Assembly: GCA_000165345.1 (NCBI GenBank)
Contig: CM000433.1
Coordinates: forward strand, 928,001-992,000
Direction of reading: 5' to 3'
DNA: 64,000 nt
Part shown: in pieces, positions 18,864-31,592 of the stretch
Position numbering within the stretch: the stretch's first letter is position 1
Layout of the letters: each line of letters opens with the position of its first letter
Notes under the pieces: model-generated
What the model saw: the letters and a program-made list of their open reading frames with translations, nothing else
Told to the model about the DNA's origin: nothing
Databases searched by the model: none
Made by a program: the position numbers and the translations under genes

Positions 18864-21800
18864 TTATGAAAAGATTTTTCCCAATTTCTTTAAAGTGTTT
18901 GAACTGCTTTTCTTCTTCTTGAATGGCTTGTTTGCAAAAGCAATGCCTGCAATTTTTCCATCACTAGTTAGCTCAAAACAAACTCCATAAATTGAATCAC
19001 TAGAAGTGGAAATCTCATTAAATCCTGATACATTTGTCAATGTTGTAGATTTGGTAGAGGCAGATTCTGAAGAATATGGAGGGTTAAGTTTAACCTGCGA
19101 AGGAACTACATTTAGTGGGGAAAAGTCCACAACTAATGTTGATCCAACCTTTGAGAGATCAAAGCTTTGTGAAGTCATTTGATTCAATTCAGAGTCATTT
19201 TCACCAACAGAAACTGAAGTTTTCTCATCTGGACACTGGAAAGACAAAACTTTAATAGGCCCAGCAAAGCCTTTAGAATTTGTATTTGATCTTAAGACTG
19301 TAAGCTTAGAAAATGGAACCTCTCCTTTAATATCATCATCTAAACAAGAAAATGAAATAATCCAATTACTGAGCCTTGTTCTTGCAGATCCACCTTGGAA
19401 TTGACTACAATGTGGATGAATTGAATCCACTTTTTGTGAAATTCTTGGGCCATTTACAATTACGCTTGGAACATTTCCTGTGTACTTATTATCTACTGGA
19501 ATCATATTTGGCTTAACTTCCTCATCAGAACATTTTAAAGGAAGATATTCAAATCCAAAACCAAGTGAAAGTATTCCCTGAGATGGTGAAAGTGAACCAC
19601 AAACTGTTCTCAATACATGCTTTTCGTGTTTTAATTTCTCATCACTTTCCCATGTTATTGTTGGACCAAGAGAAGCATCTTTCATTCTATAATAAAGTAA
19701 TTGTTGAATCTTCCCAGAGCTAGCATACCCATCTATTGAGAAAAATGCAGGACCTGGAATAATACTTTCTTTTTCATAAGATTTTGACTTATTTTCATTC
19801 TTTCTTCCCTTTACACTAAAAGCTAGCTCAATCATTTTTGGCTGAACTTTATTAAATAGCTGAGTTGTCAATTGAGATGGAGATCTTCCACCTAAAGAAA
19901 CTGTCTCAACATTGTTAGTTCCTGTACATTTCCATTCAAGTCCAATAATTGGCCCATCAATTATATGATGTGCTTTAATGTATTCAATTTCTGTACAATT
20001 TGGACAAGTTACTGTAAATGGACTTCCAATCTCAGCCTCTGTAGAGTTCTGCTGATTTAAATTCTTCAAAAAATCCATTAATGGCGTATTATATGCCAAT
20101 TTCTCACATTTATCTTTATTAATCTTGTTTTCTATTATCAATCCATTGTTCTGTTTTCCTAAAACCTCCAATTTTCCACCAAGTAAACCATTATTACCTT
20201 CCTCATTACTTGATGACTTTATTACGCTAACATTCTCATCTAAAGTATCATAAGGTACCGATGACATAGAACCTTCAAAACCAATACCAATTATATTACC
20301 ATTTCTTTGTTCTAATTCAACACAAATTGAATCAGTATAAACTACATTACCATCAACACTTGGGATTTCCCAGTAAGTAATTGTGCTTGGAACCAAAAAG
20401 CTTGAGTATTGCATTAATAAAGTCTTCTTATTTGAATTCAAATCACTCAACCTTGTTGTCAACATTACTGGATTAGTACTCTCTGTATTATATCCTAAAT
20501 AAATAGAATTAAAGGGACTTGATTGAGATGATACAACCATTATATTATTTGAAATTGATTGTCCAAATGCAAATGACAAATCCAAACTATTCTGATATAA
20601 TTCCCCGCCATTTTCTGCATGCATTTGCTTATATGGGGATGCATGCTGTACTCTAAATGGAGATGGCGCCCATTTATTCAACGGCCACTTGTCATGATCA
20701 AACATATTAATCAATTTACTTTGATCTTCTTGTTTAAGTTTACGTTCAATTTCAATATTTACTCTCTCATCACCTTCTGTATTTTCATTTTTATCACTTT
20801 TCTTTGAATTCTTAAGATTATTACTACATATGCCAGCAATACGTTTAAGTTCTTGGGTAAAGCTATCAATGAATAGAATTAGTTTATTAATATATTGTGG
20901 ATTTCCATTAGAGTCATACTTGCACTGAGCATGAACTTGAATAGTGTTTTTGCTTGTAGTTTCTTTTCCAGGAGAGTATGAATAGTTACAACCTGTTGCT
21001 TTACTGGATAAGAAGGAGATTTGCATATCATTTGGGTTATATGATATGGCGGTATTGATTGTTTGATTTCTTTGTAAAGATATTGGGTAAGCAATGATTT
21101 CTGGTTTTACCATCTTCACAGCATCAATAAACAATGGAGTTGGTTCTATCATTTCTTTGTATCCAATACCAAAACTTGTTATTTGACCATCTTTATTAAT
21201 ACCTGTACAAATCATATTTGGATTCTTTCCAACCCAGAGCCTTTCTCTGATAGCATTCTTCCTCTTTAATGATCTTTTAACTCCGAATTGAGTATTTATA
21301 AATGTTGAGAATTCTTTACCCTCTTTATTAAAATATCTCAAGGCAATTGGATTGCATGTATTTGATCCTTTGCAACTTTCCTTTGATGTCGAATTAAAAT
21401 ATGCAATATATAAAGAAGTCAAATCGTCAACTCTTTCGTGTTTAATCCATGGTCCTCCTCTATGTTCACCTAATCTCAAAAGAGAGTTGTGAATAGAATT
21501 TTCCACTTTAATATCATAGTCATTACATTCAACCTAAATTAGTTATTAAATAGAGAAAAAAAAATAAATCCAAAAATTAAACAAAACAAAATAAAATAGT
21601 TAATATTCACAATTCATAATATTAATGATTTTTTTACCTCTTAAACTTACCTCTATAGAAGCTAAATTTGCTGTACCAAAAGAATATTTCTTGTAAGTTC
21701 TGAACTTATTAAAATGGCCATTTGGACATATTATGGAATAATATACAACAGGGTTTTTCTTCTTGTGATTATTTTCAGGACCTTCTAGGGTTTGACATTC

Positions 21801-22562
21801 TGGAAATACTTTCCCAACTGTATATATCATATTCTTTAAATATATACCCTTACTTGAATAAGTTAAGGTACTTNGTGCATTTCCTTTTGGTATAAATCCA
21901 ATACCTGCTATTGAATATATTAAATTTCCAGGTTGAGAAATTGGTAATAATGCAAAACAACCTCCAATAAACTTTTCTCCTGACCACTTTCTAGAATTAG
22001 TTGATTCCAAAGAACTAACTCTTCTTCTAATAGAGAATGAATGGATTTGTGAGAAATAACCTTCCAATAATACAAGAGAGGGGATTCTTGAAGATCCTCC
22101 TGGAGTGAAACCAGCAGTAATAGACGAAGCCACTATTGGGTATCCTGGACTAGTATTATTATAATGACTTAATTTAGATCCTCCAAATGAGATAAAAGAA
22201 TAACCATTTGAACATCCAATCTTAAGATTCTGGATTTCATCAATATAATTAGCACTAGAATGATCTACAACTTGGTTATTGACTCCAATATACGAAATAA
22301 TCTCATCATCTTTACAATAAAATGCTACCTTAATAATTTCTTTCTGGTCAACTCCATAGGGTAATAACATTTTACATTCTGATAGTGCTGTTTCATTATT
22401 AACTGATGAAATTAAACCTTCACTTATCCAACCTGTAAATTTTGTATTTGTCTTATCTCCTTTGATTTGCCCCAAAAGTATAAAAAAACAAATTAATACT
22501 AATTGTATTAGTACCTGGATTTTATAATCTGATGATTTTTTAAACATTTTGAAATTTATCAT
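18864..22562 (-). CDS. Large secreted protein of about 1193 aa, unknown family, two exons: join(21651..22562, 18864..21533), with a 117-nt intron at 21534..21650.
   Basis: N-terminal signal peptide (MFKKSSDYKIQVLIQLVLICFFILLG). Donor ATAGAG|GTAAGT, acceptor AATTTAG|GTTGAATGT, phase 0/0. The track's downstream ORF begins at a GTG, which marks it as a continuation. One N at 21874. Confidence 0.6.
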
Positions 22563-23739
22563 AATTTTATTCTTAAAAATGCTTATTCAAAGATCAAAAG
22601 TTTTAATAGAAACCTTCTTATTACCATATACGCGTCTATTGAATATAATATTCGTTTTTACAACTAAATTGAATAATTTATTTTATAAATTTGTTTTAAA
22701 TCACTTTATTTCCTATCTAAACAAATTTTCTTTTCCTTTCCAATATTAGTAGTAAATGAGTCAAATTAACCAAGTAGTTAATTCTATATTTCAAGCAAGA
22801 TTTATGAAACTTTCTAATTTCCAAGATCCCCAGGATTCCTAATTGTTCAAGTAAAAATTAAACATTTGCACTTTCCCCCTCACTTATTTCTATGACTCAA
22901 AATAGACAAATAGTGCATTTTTGCACTTTTGAGTGATCAGAATAAGATATTTAGAATAACGGATTAGGCGCCACCCCACAGCAATGGCTTAATGTTAATA
23001 TATAAAAAACTTATTGTAATTAATTATTATAAATTTATGTTTAATGATAAATTAATTATTCTTTTTTTTAAATAGCTAGCTTAAAATATTCTCAATATTT
23101 GCTCAATTATACAGCTATATTTGTCTGAGTGTAAACAAATTTTTGTATTGCAGAGAAGAATTATTTGCATTACTCAACTATCATTTATTTTTACCTTCAT
23201 TTCATTCACCGAATCATTCGTTTCAAAGTGCTTTTTATAAGTTTTGTATTCCTCTTGTTAAAGAAAAATTTACAAATCCTTATTTTAATAGCATTTATTT
23301 TTCAATAATCAAATAACTTTTTGTAATGGAATAGTGTTTGCCGCCAAATACATGCATTTTCTCCACATGTAGTTAAAATTGCATTTAAAGAAAATAATAA
23401 TAAAAAAGGAAAAAACTATTTAAATAATACTGATAAATTTAATGGTCAATTAAACTAAGAGATACAACAAATAGAATTCTACTCAGATACTAAAATCAAT
23501 CAATTAATTTTAAGTATCTTGAAATTCTTTTAATAATTTAAGTATTTAATTAAATTTCTAATTCCCAATAATGCAATTTAAAATATGAAAAAAAAAATAA
23601 AACAATCAATGCACATAATTTATATTTTTTGTGAAATTATTTGTTGTCAAAAAAGAAACAATAATAATCCATTTTATTTTCTTAATCTTGCTTATTAATT
23701 TAATCATTACTTTGAGAATAATAATCTCAAAACACTTAT

Positions 23740-25077
23740 TTAAGATTGAAGATAAATAACTTGAACAGTAATATCATCAACAACATTTCCTTCTTCTTGA
23801 ATCCATCTCCTCCAAGCCTCCCTTGCAAGTTTCTCAGCAGAAAGCTGTGCATCTGAAGAACCTCCTTCTGCAACGATATCTACAGCTTCTTGAGAAGAAA
23901 TGAACTCCCAAACACCATCTGAACAAATTAAAATGAAAGCATCCTTTTCTGGTTGTATCTGAAAAGTATTTATATCAGGTTCAGGAATAATGCCAGCTTG
24001 ATATCCAAGAGTATCACCAATAGCTCTGCTCATTGCAAGCCCAGGATACATTTTTCCTTTAATAAATACACGGTAAGGGATATCTCCTTCTATTCTTTTT
24101 ACTTGACCTCCTGCTGCAATAATTCTTCTTTTTTCAGATTCTGAGTTAGGTTTGTGATCATTGGTAAGATCTACAGCTTCTAAAACTCTTCCTGATCTCG
24201 ACCACCTTGCAAGTACGGATCTAGAATCGCCAACATGAGCTGCAATAATTCGATTTTCTAAAGGTAAATGAAGAATGACTGTCGCAGTAGTTCCAGAAAG
24301 GCTACAATCAAATTGATTTGTCTCTAAAACATGTTCTTGCAATCTTTGATTTGCTTTAATAAATGCATAGTGAAGTACATCTTGTGGATGAGTCTTCCAT
24401 TGTTTGTCTTTTAAAATTAATGCCGGCATATCTTTTTGAATAAAGTTACTCACATCATGTCCAAATGGTCCATGTCCATCAAAAACACCAAATAATCCCC
24501 AATTTTCAGTTTTCAATATAAAAAAATCATCTTGATTAGGACTCTCAGGTTTTAGTCCTTTTCTACAAACATACCCAATTCCCCTTTGTAATTCGGAATT
24601 ACCAGAATCGTTACCAATTACTTCTTCAGCTTTTGATTCAAATGTTTCTTGGGCTCTTTGAGAAAGCATTCCTGTTACTGATAATCTTCTTCTGGAATTA
24701 CCAAGCTCAAAGCTATCCGCTTTTTGATTATTGAAGTCATTTAAAATACCATTATGAATCCCGCTTGGTGTCATAAACTCTGAAGGTTTAAACTGAGGAG
24801 AATCTTTGTAAGAAGCATTAAATACTGCTCTTCCTCTGGGTATATCATTAATGTCAGAATCATTGACAGGATCACTCTGGCTCACCGATAACCTCCTTCT
24901 ATCATAATTTACAGCAGAGTAATTAGAAAATCCTTTGTTGCCTCCCTCCATATTTGTATAAGGATTCATTGAAAAATTGGTAACAGTATTAGGTAAATTA
25001 CTTACACAATTATTCTTCTCCTGAGAAAAAACTAAGTTTTCCTTATTTATAGATTTCTTTGAAAAACACCCACCCAT
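23740..25077 (-). CDS. PP2C-family protein phosphatase with an N-terminal MGGCFSKK myristoylation/palmitoylation motif.
   Basis: PP2C motifs: FGVFDGHGPFGH, GTTATVIL, AAHVGDSRSVLAR, LTNDHKPN...EKRRIIAAGG, LAMSRAIGD, ICSDGVWEFIS. Gly2, Cys4 and Ser6 fit the N-myristoyltransferase / dual-acylation consensus. Confidence 0.85.
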   Translation of the reverse strand: MGGCFSKKSINKENLVFSQEKNNCVSNLPNTVTNFSMNPYTNMEGGNKGFSNYSAVNYDRRRLSVSQSDPVNDSDINDIPRGRAVFNASYKDSPQFKPSEFMTPSGIHNGILNDFNNQKADSFELGNSRRRLSVTGMLSQRAQETFESKAEEVIGNDSGNSELQRGIGYVCRKGLKPESPNQDDFFILKTENWGLFGVFDGHGPFGHDVSNFIQKDMPALILKDKQWKTHPQDVLHYAFIKANQRLQEHVLETNQFDCSLSGTTATVILHLPLENRIIAAHVGDSRSVLARWSRSGRVLEAVDLTNDHKPNSESEKRRIIAAGGQVKRIEGDIPYRVFIKGKMYPGLAMSRAIGDTLGYQAGIIPEPDINTFQIQPEKDAFILICSDGVWEFISSQEAVDIVAEGGSSDAQLSAEKLAREAWRRWIQEEGNVVDDITVQVIYLQS

Positions 25078-26143
25078 AAAATTCCAAATTCTAATTTAGA
25101 ATTCCTTCTCTATAAATATATAAAATTTTGTCCTATAACTTTTAAAAAAAATGAATATTAATTTCTCCAAATAAACCACTTTCTTTTCAACAAAGCTGTC
25201 AAACTAAATTTTTGACAATATTTAATCGGCTATGAGTTTCAAAAAGTCATATTAGTCTTAAAAAATCATAAATTGCCTCTTTTTCACATGAAAATTAAAT
25301 AGAAATTTGCAATAATTTAAATGAAATTATCAAATAAAATCAGAAATAAAATCCTCAGAATATTCTTTTAATAATCTTAAATTACTTCTTGGTATTTTTG
25401 TTTTGAATTTATTACTTTAACTTCAAAATTACAAAAATATAAAAACATTTATTTTATGAAATCTGTTAGGGATGCTCAAGTTGGATTGAGAGGAGTACTT
25501 CAATTCTAAATAAAAGAATAGAAATAATAGCCAGGAATTCCTCTCCTAATATCCTCTAATTAATACAAATTACTTGTATTATACATGAATTTTTTTTCTC
25601 ACTAATAATTATTTATTTATTTATTTTGAAATTTCAACTCCCCTCGCCGTTTTGTCTATATAAGATTTCTTTAAAATATGGCAGAAAAAAATTAATTCAA
25701 AATAATATCTATAATTTAATAGTCAAATATGTTAATTTCTGTTCATCATCAATATTACTAAAAAAATAATACACTTTTAAATAACTAAATTACTAAATTA
25801 TCTTTTAAAAAAAATAAATAAATATTTACAATTTTATTTCAACATTTATTAATTGAATTATTACACACAACTAACTGCTATATTAATTAATAATTATTAA
25901 AGTGTGTGCAAAAAAAAAATTAATGTGTGCATGCAAAAATAATTACTTATTTTAATTCTAACAATATATATGTCCACATTGTAATACATTAAATGTATAT
26001 ATTTAATTGATTTGAATAAAGGTTTTTTTTCCTTCTTTTTTATTAGTTAATTTTTATATCAGTTTGTATATAATATTTAAATATATTAAAAATATGAGCG
26101 TTTTAAAGTTTAATATAATTTCAATTATATGATTTGATTAAAT

Positions 26144-26885
26144 TTAACTTTTTTGAATGGGAACAATATCGGAACTATGTCCATGAGTAGCTACTTGCTC
26201 TTTTGTGAAAAATGTAAAAGAACCAGAATTATAGAAAACTTGTTGAGATTTTGTCTTATATTTCCCATTATTAAATTCAATAACATCCTTGGAAAATTGT
26301 TTAGGACTAATAACTTGACAAAAATTGAAATTTCCTTGGATACTTCTTCCAATTTTGTGGTTACATAAATCTGAATCTGGAGTATTATATTTATTGTTTA
26401 TACTTGTGTTATATTCATCAATCAAGCTGCAATATCCATGGAAAAAACTTTCTTCACTTCTTGAAATTTTTGATAGAACTTCATTGCTTAGATGTTTTCC
26501 GTGATTCCATCTATATGATTTTAGCTGATCACATCTTTTTTTGCTTTTTTTTTAAGAAAAAAAAATTAAAATGAATTAAAAAATATGGCATGCATATAAA
26601 TGCATGCATTAATATTATATATAAAACTTACATATAGGCTAACACTCTCATTTTATTTCTTTGCAAGCTTAATAAATGAACCAGTGCTGCAACATCATAT
26701 TGCGATTCATTTGAGGAATTACTTATAAAAGGTTTCAAGTATTGAAGATTTTCGATATAATTTAAATTAATTTTAGCAATATCATCAAATTGGTTTTCAT
26801 TATGTGTTATAATCTGATGATTTCCTGCTAACTTAAGTTCTTTTAAAATATCAATGGACGGATTTTCATGTATAGAGCCACTCAT
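26144..26885 (-). CDS. GINS complex subunit Psf1-like, two exons: join(26632..26885, 26144..26510), with a 121-nt intron at 26511..26631.
   Basis: IDILKELKLAG...THNENQFDDIAKI...LLSLQRNKMRVLAYIWNH matches Psf1 ELIKELKRS...YNEDLI...HCSLLRNRRCTVAYLYDRL. Donor TATAT|GTAAGT, acceptor CATATAG|ATGG, phase 2/1. ATG at 26885, 206 aa. The intron contains GCATGCA repeats. Confidence 0.45.
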
Positions 26886-27241
26886 TTTTTTTTTTTTTTC
26901 CTCAAAATAAAATATCCAAAAACTGAATTTGGAATACAATAAATATAAACTTGCTCTAAACAATCTCTTCAATAACTTTTATTTTTACTTGGATTTGAAA
27001 TTATTAATAATTTTATTAATAAGAAGAATTTATTATTATTTTTTTTTAATTAGGTATCGTTTATTTTAAGTAATTACACACAAAAGGCGGCAAGCTGTAA
27101 TTTATTTAAATATTAAATAGTATTTTAAATTTCTTAATAATTAAAATAAAATTAATAATATTATAATTTATTATTCAGTTATCAATACAACCTTTCATTA
27201 CTAATTGTTAATTATAAAGCTGAATAAGAAATTATCTTGAA

Positions 27242-28520
27242 ATGAGAGTTTTAGAAAAACTGTTAGAAAAGGCAACTTTTCTATATAGAGATGAAAGAGT
27301 GTGGGAATCGCATGTAATAGTACAAAATTTGATTAAAAAGTATGTTTTAATATTAAAATGATTAAAATGAATTAATACCATTAATATTATTATTATTTAT
27401 TTTTAGGTATGGATTTAAAAGTCTATATAATAAAGATCCTATAATATTGGAAATACAGAGAAGAGCAGCAAGTATTAAATATTTTTCAAATAATTTTAAT
27501 GATTTAAATATAAATGAAATTGATATTAATTCTAATTTTTATAATAATCATGAAGATAACGAATTGTTTCACGAGTTCAAAATTAATAATTCTGAGGATA
27601 AAACAAATGAAGAATTCTTTTCAGAAAATGAAACAGAAAGTAACAAGTCATTCAAATCTTCAAACAGTAAATTGGAATCACTAAATAGTGGTAGGGAATT
27701 AGAAATTAATCATGATTGCTATTTTGATGAGAATGGTGATTTATTTGAAAATAAAGAGTACGAAGAATGTAGTGGACTAATAACAAAAACAAAACCAAGA
27801 GAATGGCAATATATTATTCAAAAAGATCCCTTTGATTTATGGTATCGAAGCTATGAGAACTCTTCAATTATTGAGATTTGCTTTCAAGGATTTATTAAAA
27901 CTAATATTTTAAACATTCTTTCTGTATTTTATGAAAGAGATTTATATAAAGATTGGATTCCGTATTATACTTTTCCAATAAAATTTGGGCTTAATTCTAT
28001 TAAAGAAATTCTACATAAAGATAGAATACACTTAGTTACTGCAATTTATATAGATATTCCATGGCCTTTTTCTAATAGAGAAATTATTTTAGAAATTTGG
28101 GCAAGTGATGAAATAATTCCTAATAACAGAATATTCATTCATGCATCTTCAATTGAAGATCATGGTTTTCATCCAAGACTAAAAGTTGAAATTCCATATT
28201 CACTAGGATATTCAAATAGAGCAAATATTTCTGGTGGAGGATTTGTCAGCCCCCATGGTGATAATTTGACCCACTTAATTTTTAAGTGGAAAATTGATTT
28301 ACTTTTTGAACCACCAAAAGTTTTACTTAATTTCTTCTTAAAAAATTTCATTAAAGCTTGTTGGGATAAATTTAACAATGTTTGTCTTCAAGTAGATCAA
28401 CCTAACTCTCTACATAAAGAAAGACTTAATACTAACAAGGATCTATACGATTTTATAAGAGCTAAAATTAAAGAGAAAAACAAACATGAACTTAACAAAG
28501 CCAAAGAGTCAAGCTTATAA
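27242..28520 (+). CDS. START/Bet-v1-like lipid-binding domain protein, two exons: join(27242..27339, 27407..28520), with a 67-nt intron.
   Basis: The track start at 27447 is a TTG. The upstream exon is ATG...ATTAAAAA|GTATGT, the acceptor is TTATTTTTAG|G, and the phase closes 2+1 to give 403 aa. The C-terminal 200 aa have a START-like pattern: IPWPFSNREII...IFIHASS...NISGGGFVSPHG. Confidence 0.5.
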
Positions 28521-29140
28521 TTACTTAATTATATTTATTTTTATCTTTATTTTTCCACATAAATTTTGAATAATTTTTAAAAGAAAATAGAATAAAAAAG
28601 AAACTAGCTAATAATAGCTATTATTCGAAATAAAATTGTATTTAATCAATTTAGATTTATTGCTGAGAATTTCTGTAAATATTTTAATATAAACTTAATC
28701 ATGGTTTTAAAAATTCTGTGTTGTTTTGAATATTTATTTCAAAGCACATTTTTTTCCTAATGCACTAAAAATAAGTAATTTTTGCTCACTGCCCCACATG
28801 CACACAGGCGCCAAATTAAATATACCGGTATATGATAAATAATTTAAAAAAATAGAGGGAAATATTTAAAAAATAATAATAATTTTGAGATAAAGAATGA
28901 GTAATTCTGATAATTTAATGTTGAAATAAATATTAAAGATTTGTCAAAATCTTTTGATTCATTCCTTCGTTTAATAATTTTGCTCTTGATAAAAAAAAAA
29001 AAAAATTTTTAAATACTAGCTAGAATTGTTTCAAAGGATTAATTAATAAGAATCTGGGTGGTTTGATTTAAAAAAAAAAAAAAGAATAAATTAATTAAAT
29101 CATCAGAAATCAAAAATATAATTAAATAGAGCCTGATATC

Positions 29141-31019
29141 ATGACAAACTTGGTGAAAAACGGCCATGAACTTATACATTCTATTTTTAATAGAATTTCT
29201 GGAATCAAAGTAAGTAAAATCCTACTTAATATATTATTTTAATTACAAAAAATATTAATCATTACTACCATTATTATTCATTTGACTTCTATTAAACCTA
29301 AAATAATTAACAATAAAACTTGCTGATTTTAGATTCTAATTTTGGATAGAGAAACTGTTCAACAAATCTCTTTGGTATTTTCTCAATCTGAGTTGTTAAA
29401 AAGGGAAGTATTTCTTACAGAGCTAATAGATGTGACAAATAGGTCAAACCTTCCACATTTCTCTGGAATTTACTTTATTAGACCAAATAAAGAAAATATC
29501 TCAATTTTATGTAATGAACTTAAAAAACCTTTATTCAAAGAATATTATGTATATTTTACTAATAACATATCCCCACAAATACTACAAAAGATTGCTGTTA
29601 GTGATGAAAATGACGTAATTAAAAGAATACAAGAAGTCAAGTTAGATTTTAATGTTATAAGCTGCGACTTATTTTCATTGAGTATGAACTATTTTGGTAA
29701 GTTTAAATTTAATCAAAATTATGTAAAATATAATTAATTCAATTTCGAATATTAAAGCTTCAATGTATAATCTTCCATCAAGTTGGACAACTTATGAAGA
29801 AACATTATTCTCAAGAATGATTGAAGGTATTTACTCAGCAAGTCTTCAACTTGGAGAGATTCCTGTTATACGATATTTAGCAAATTCTCCATTATGTAGA
29901 AATATTGCATTTGCAGTAGAAAGAAGACTATTAGATTCTAATCTAATAGACTTAGTATCGGGAGAATTTGTTAACACTAGATCAGAAAGCTACGACGATA
30001 AGAGAAATGAAAGTACTATTCTATTAATACTTGATAGAAGAGAAGACCCTGTTACTCCTCTTTTAACTCAGTGGACTTATCATGCAATGATACATGAATT
30101 ATTAGAAATTAAGAATAATAGATTATGTTTAGATAATGGAGGGTTTTCTAACAAAGAAAAAGAAGAATATGTTTTATCTGAACAATATGATGATTTTTTT
30201 AGAGATCATAAATACGATAATTTTGGAGATATTGGATTTTCTATCCGAGATTTGGTCAATAATCATCATGAATCTTCTAAAACTAATCATCGTCTAGAAA
30301 CAATTGATGATATTAGTAGATTTGTTCAAATGTATCCAGATTTTAAAAAAGAGTATAATAATATTTATAAACATGTAAATATACTTCATGAACTTTCAAG
30401 AATTGTTCAAGAAAGAGACTTAATGAGAATATCTGCATTAGAACAAGATTTAACAGTTTGTGATAATGTTGATGAACATTCAAGACAAATAGGAAATCTA
30501 TTATCAGATACTAGAATTTCTCAATTTGACAAATTAAGACTAGCTCTTCTTTATTCCTTGAAATATGAAAAGGAAGAAATACAAATCAACAATTTTAAGT
30601 ACCATTTAGGAACTCAGGCAAATTATATTGATAAATTGTTGCAAGTATTTGGAGAAAATTTCAGATCTGGAGACCTCTTTCTGAATAAGACACTATTAAA
30701 TATTGCAAAGAATACAATTAATAAGTCTAATAATAATAATATTTATATTCAACATAAAACTTTATTATACTATATATTAGAAAATTTGGTTAAAGGTAAA
30801 CTAAAAAATAGTAGATTTCCATCAACTACTGATGATTATAATTCTTCAAAAAAACCACTAAAAATTATGGTATTTGTTGTTGGAGGTGTAACTTTGGAAG
30901 AATCTAGAGATGTAAATGTCATTAGAAACTTATATGATGTTGACATAATTCTTGGAGGAACTAATCTACTGAACTCAAAATTGTTTATTAAAGATCTTGA
31001 ACTACTAATAAATAGTTAG
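29141..31019 (+). CDS. VPS45: Vps45 (Sec1/Munc18 family), three exons: join(29141..29209, 29333..29696, 29758..31019), introns of 123 and 61 nt.
   Basis: ILILDRETVQQISLVFSQSELLKREVFL, IYFIRPNKENI, STILLILDRREDPVTPLLTQWTYHAMIHELL and VVGGVTLEESRDV...ILGGTNLLNSKLFIKDL all align to human VPS45. Donors AAA|GTAAGT and TTTG|GTAAGT, acceptors TTTTAG|ATT and TAAAG|CTTC. Total 564 aa, frame consistent. Confidence 0.8.
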
Positions 31020-31592
31020 ATAAGTAATAATAATACTAAATAGTCATTCATTTTATTTTTGTCTTTTTTTTATTGTTATAAATTTTCTATTGCATGCAAT
31101 TGAAAATTAAAATCCCACAGAGCCCGCCAAAATCTCAATAATAATAAAAATGTTCATATGTCTAATATATATCTATAAAAAGAAAGTATAAGAATTAATT
31201 TAAAAAAAAAAATCAAGGTAAAAATTTTCTTTTTCTTCTTAATGGATTAATATTTAGTTACATTTAAAGCTACTAAACCTTTCATTCTGTAAATCATCCA
31301 TAAATATCCTTAACTATTTTATTAACAACATTATTGCCACTTATATTTTTAATTACTAATCAATTTTTTTCTCTCAACTATTTAATAACAAATAAATCAA
31401 AAATCAACTTAATCCAGTAAGAATTAATTGAAAAAGTTAATTTAATTTGCAAAAGCAAAAATTGAAGGTTATAACAAATAAATCAACTATATAGTTCTAT
31501 CATTGGTAATTATACAAAAGGAATTTAATGAATTAATACTAAATAAGCAATAATATATAAACAGTATTGAATTGAGTTGATTCATATTGAAA

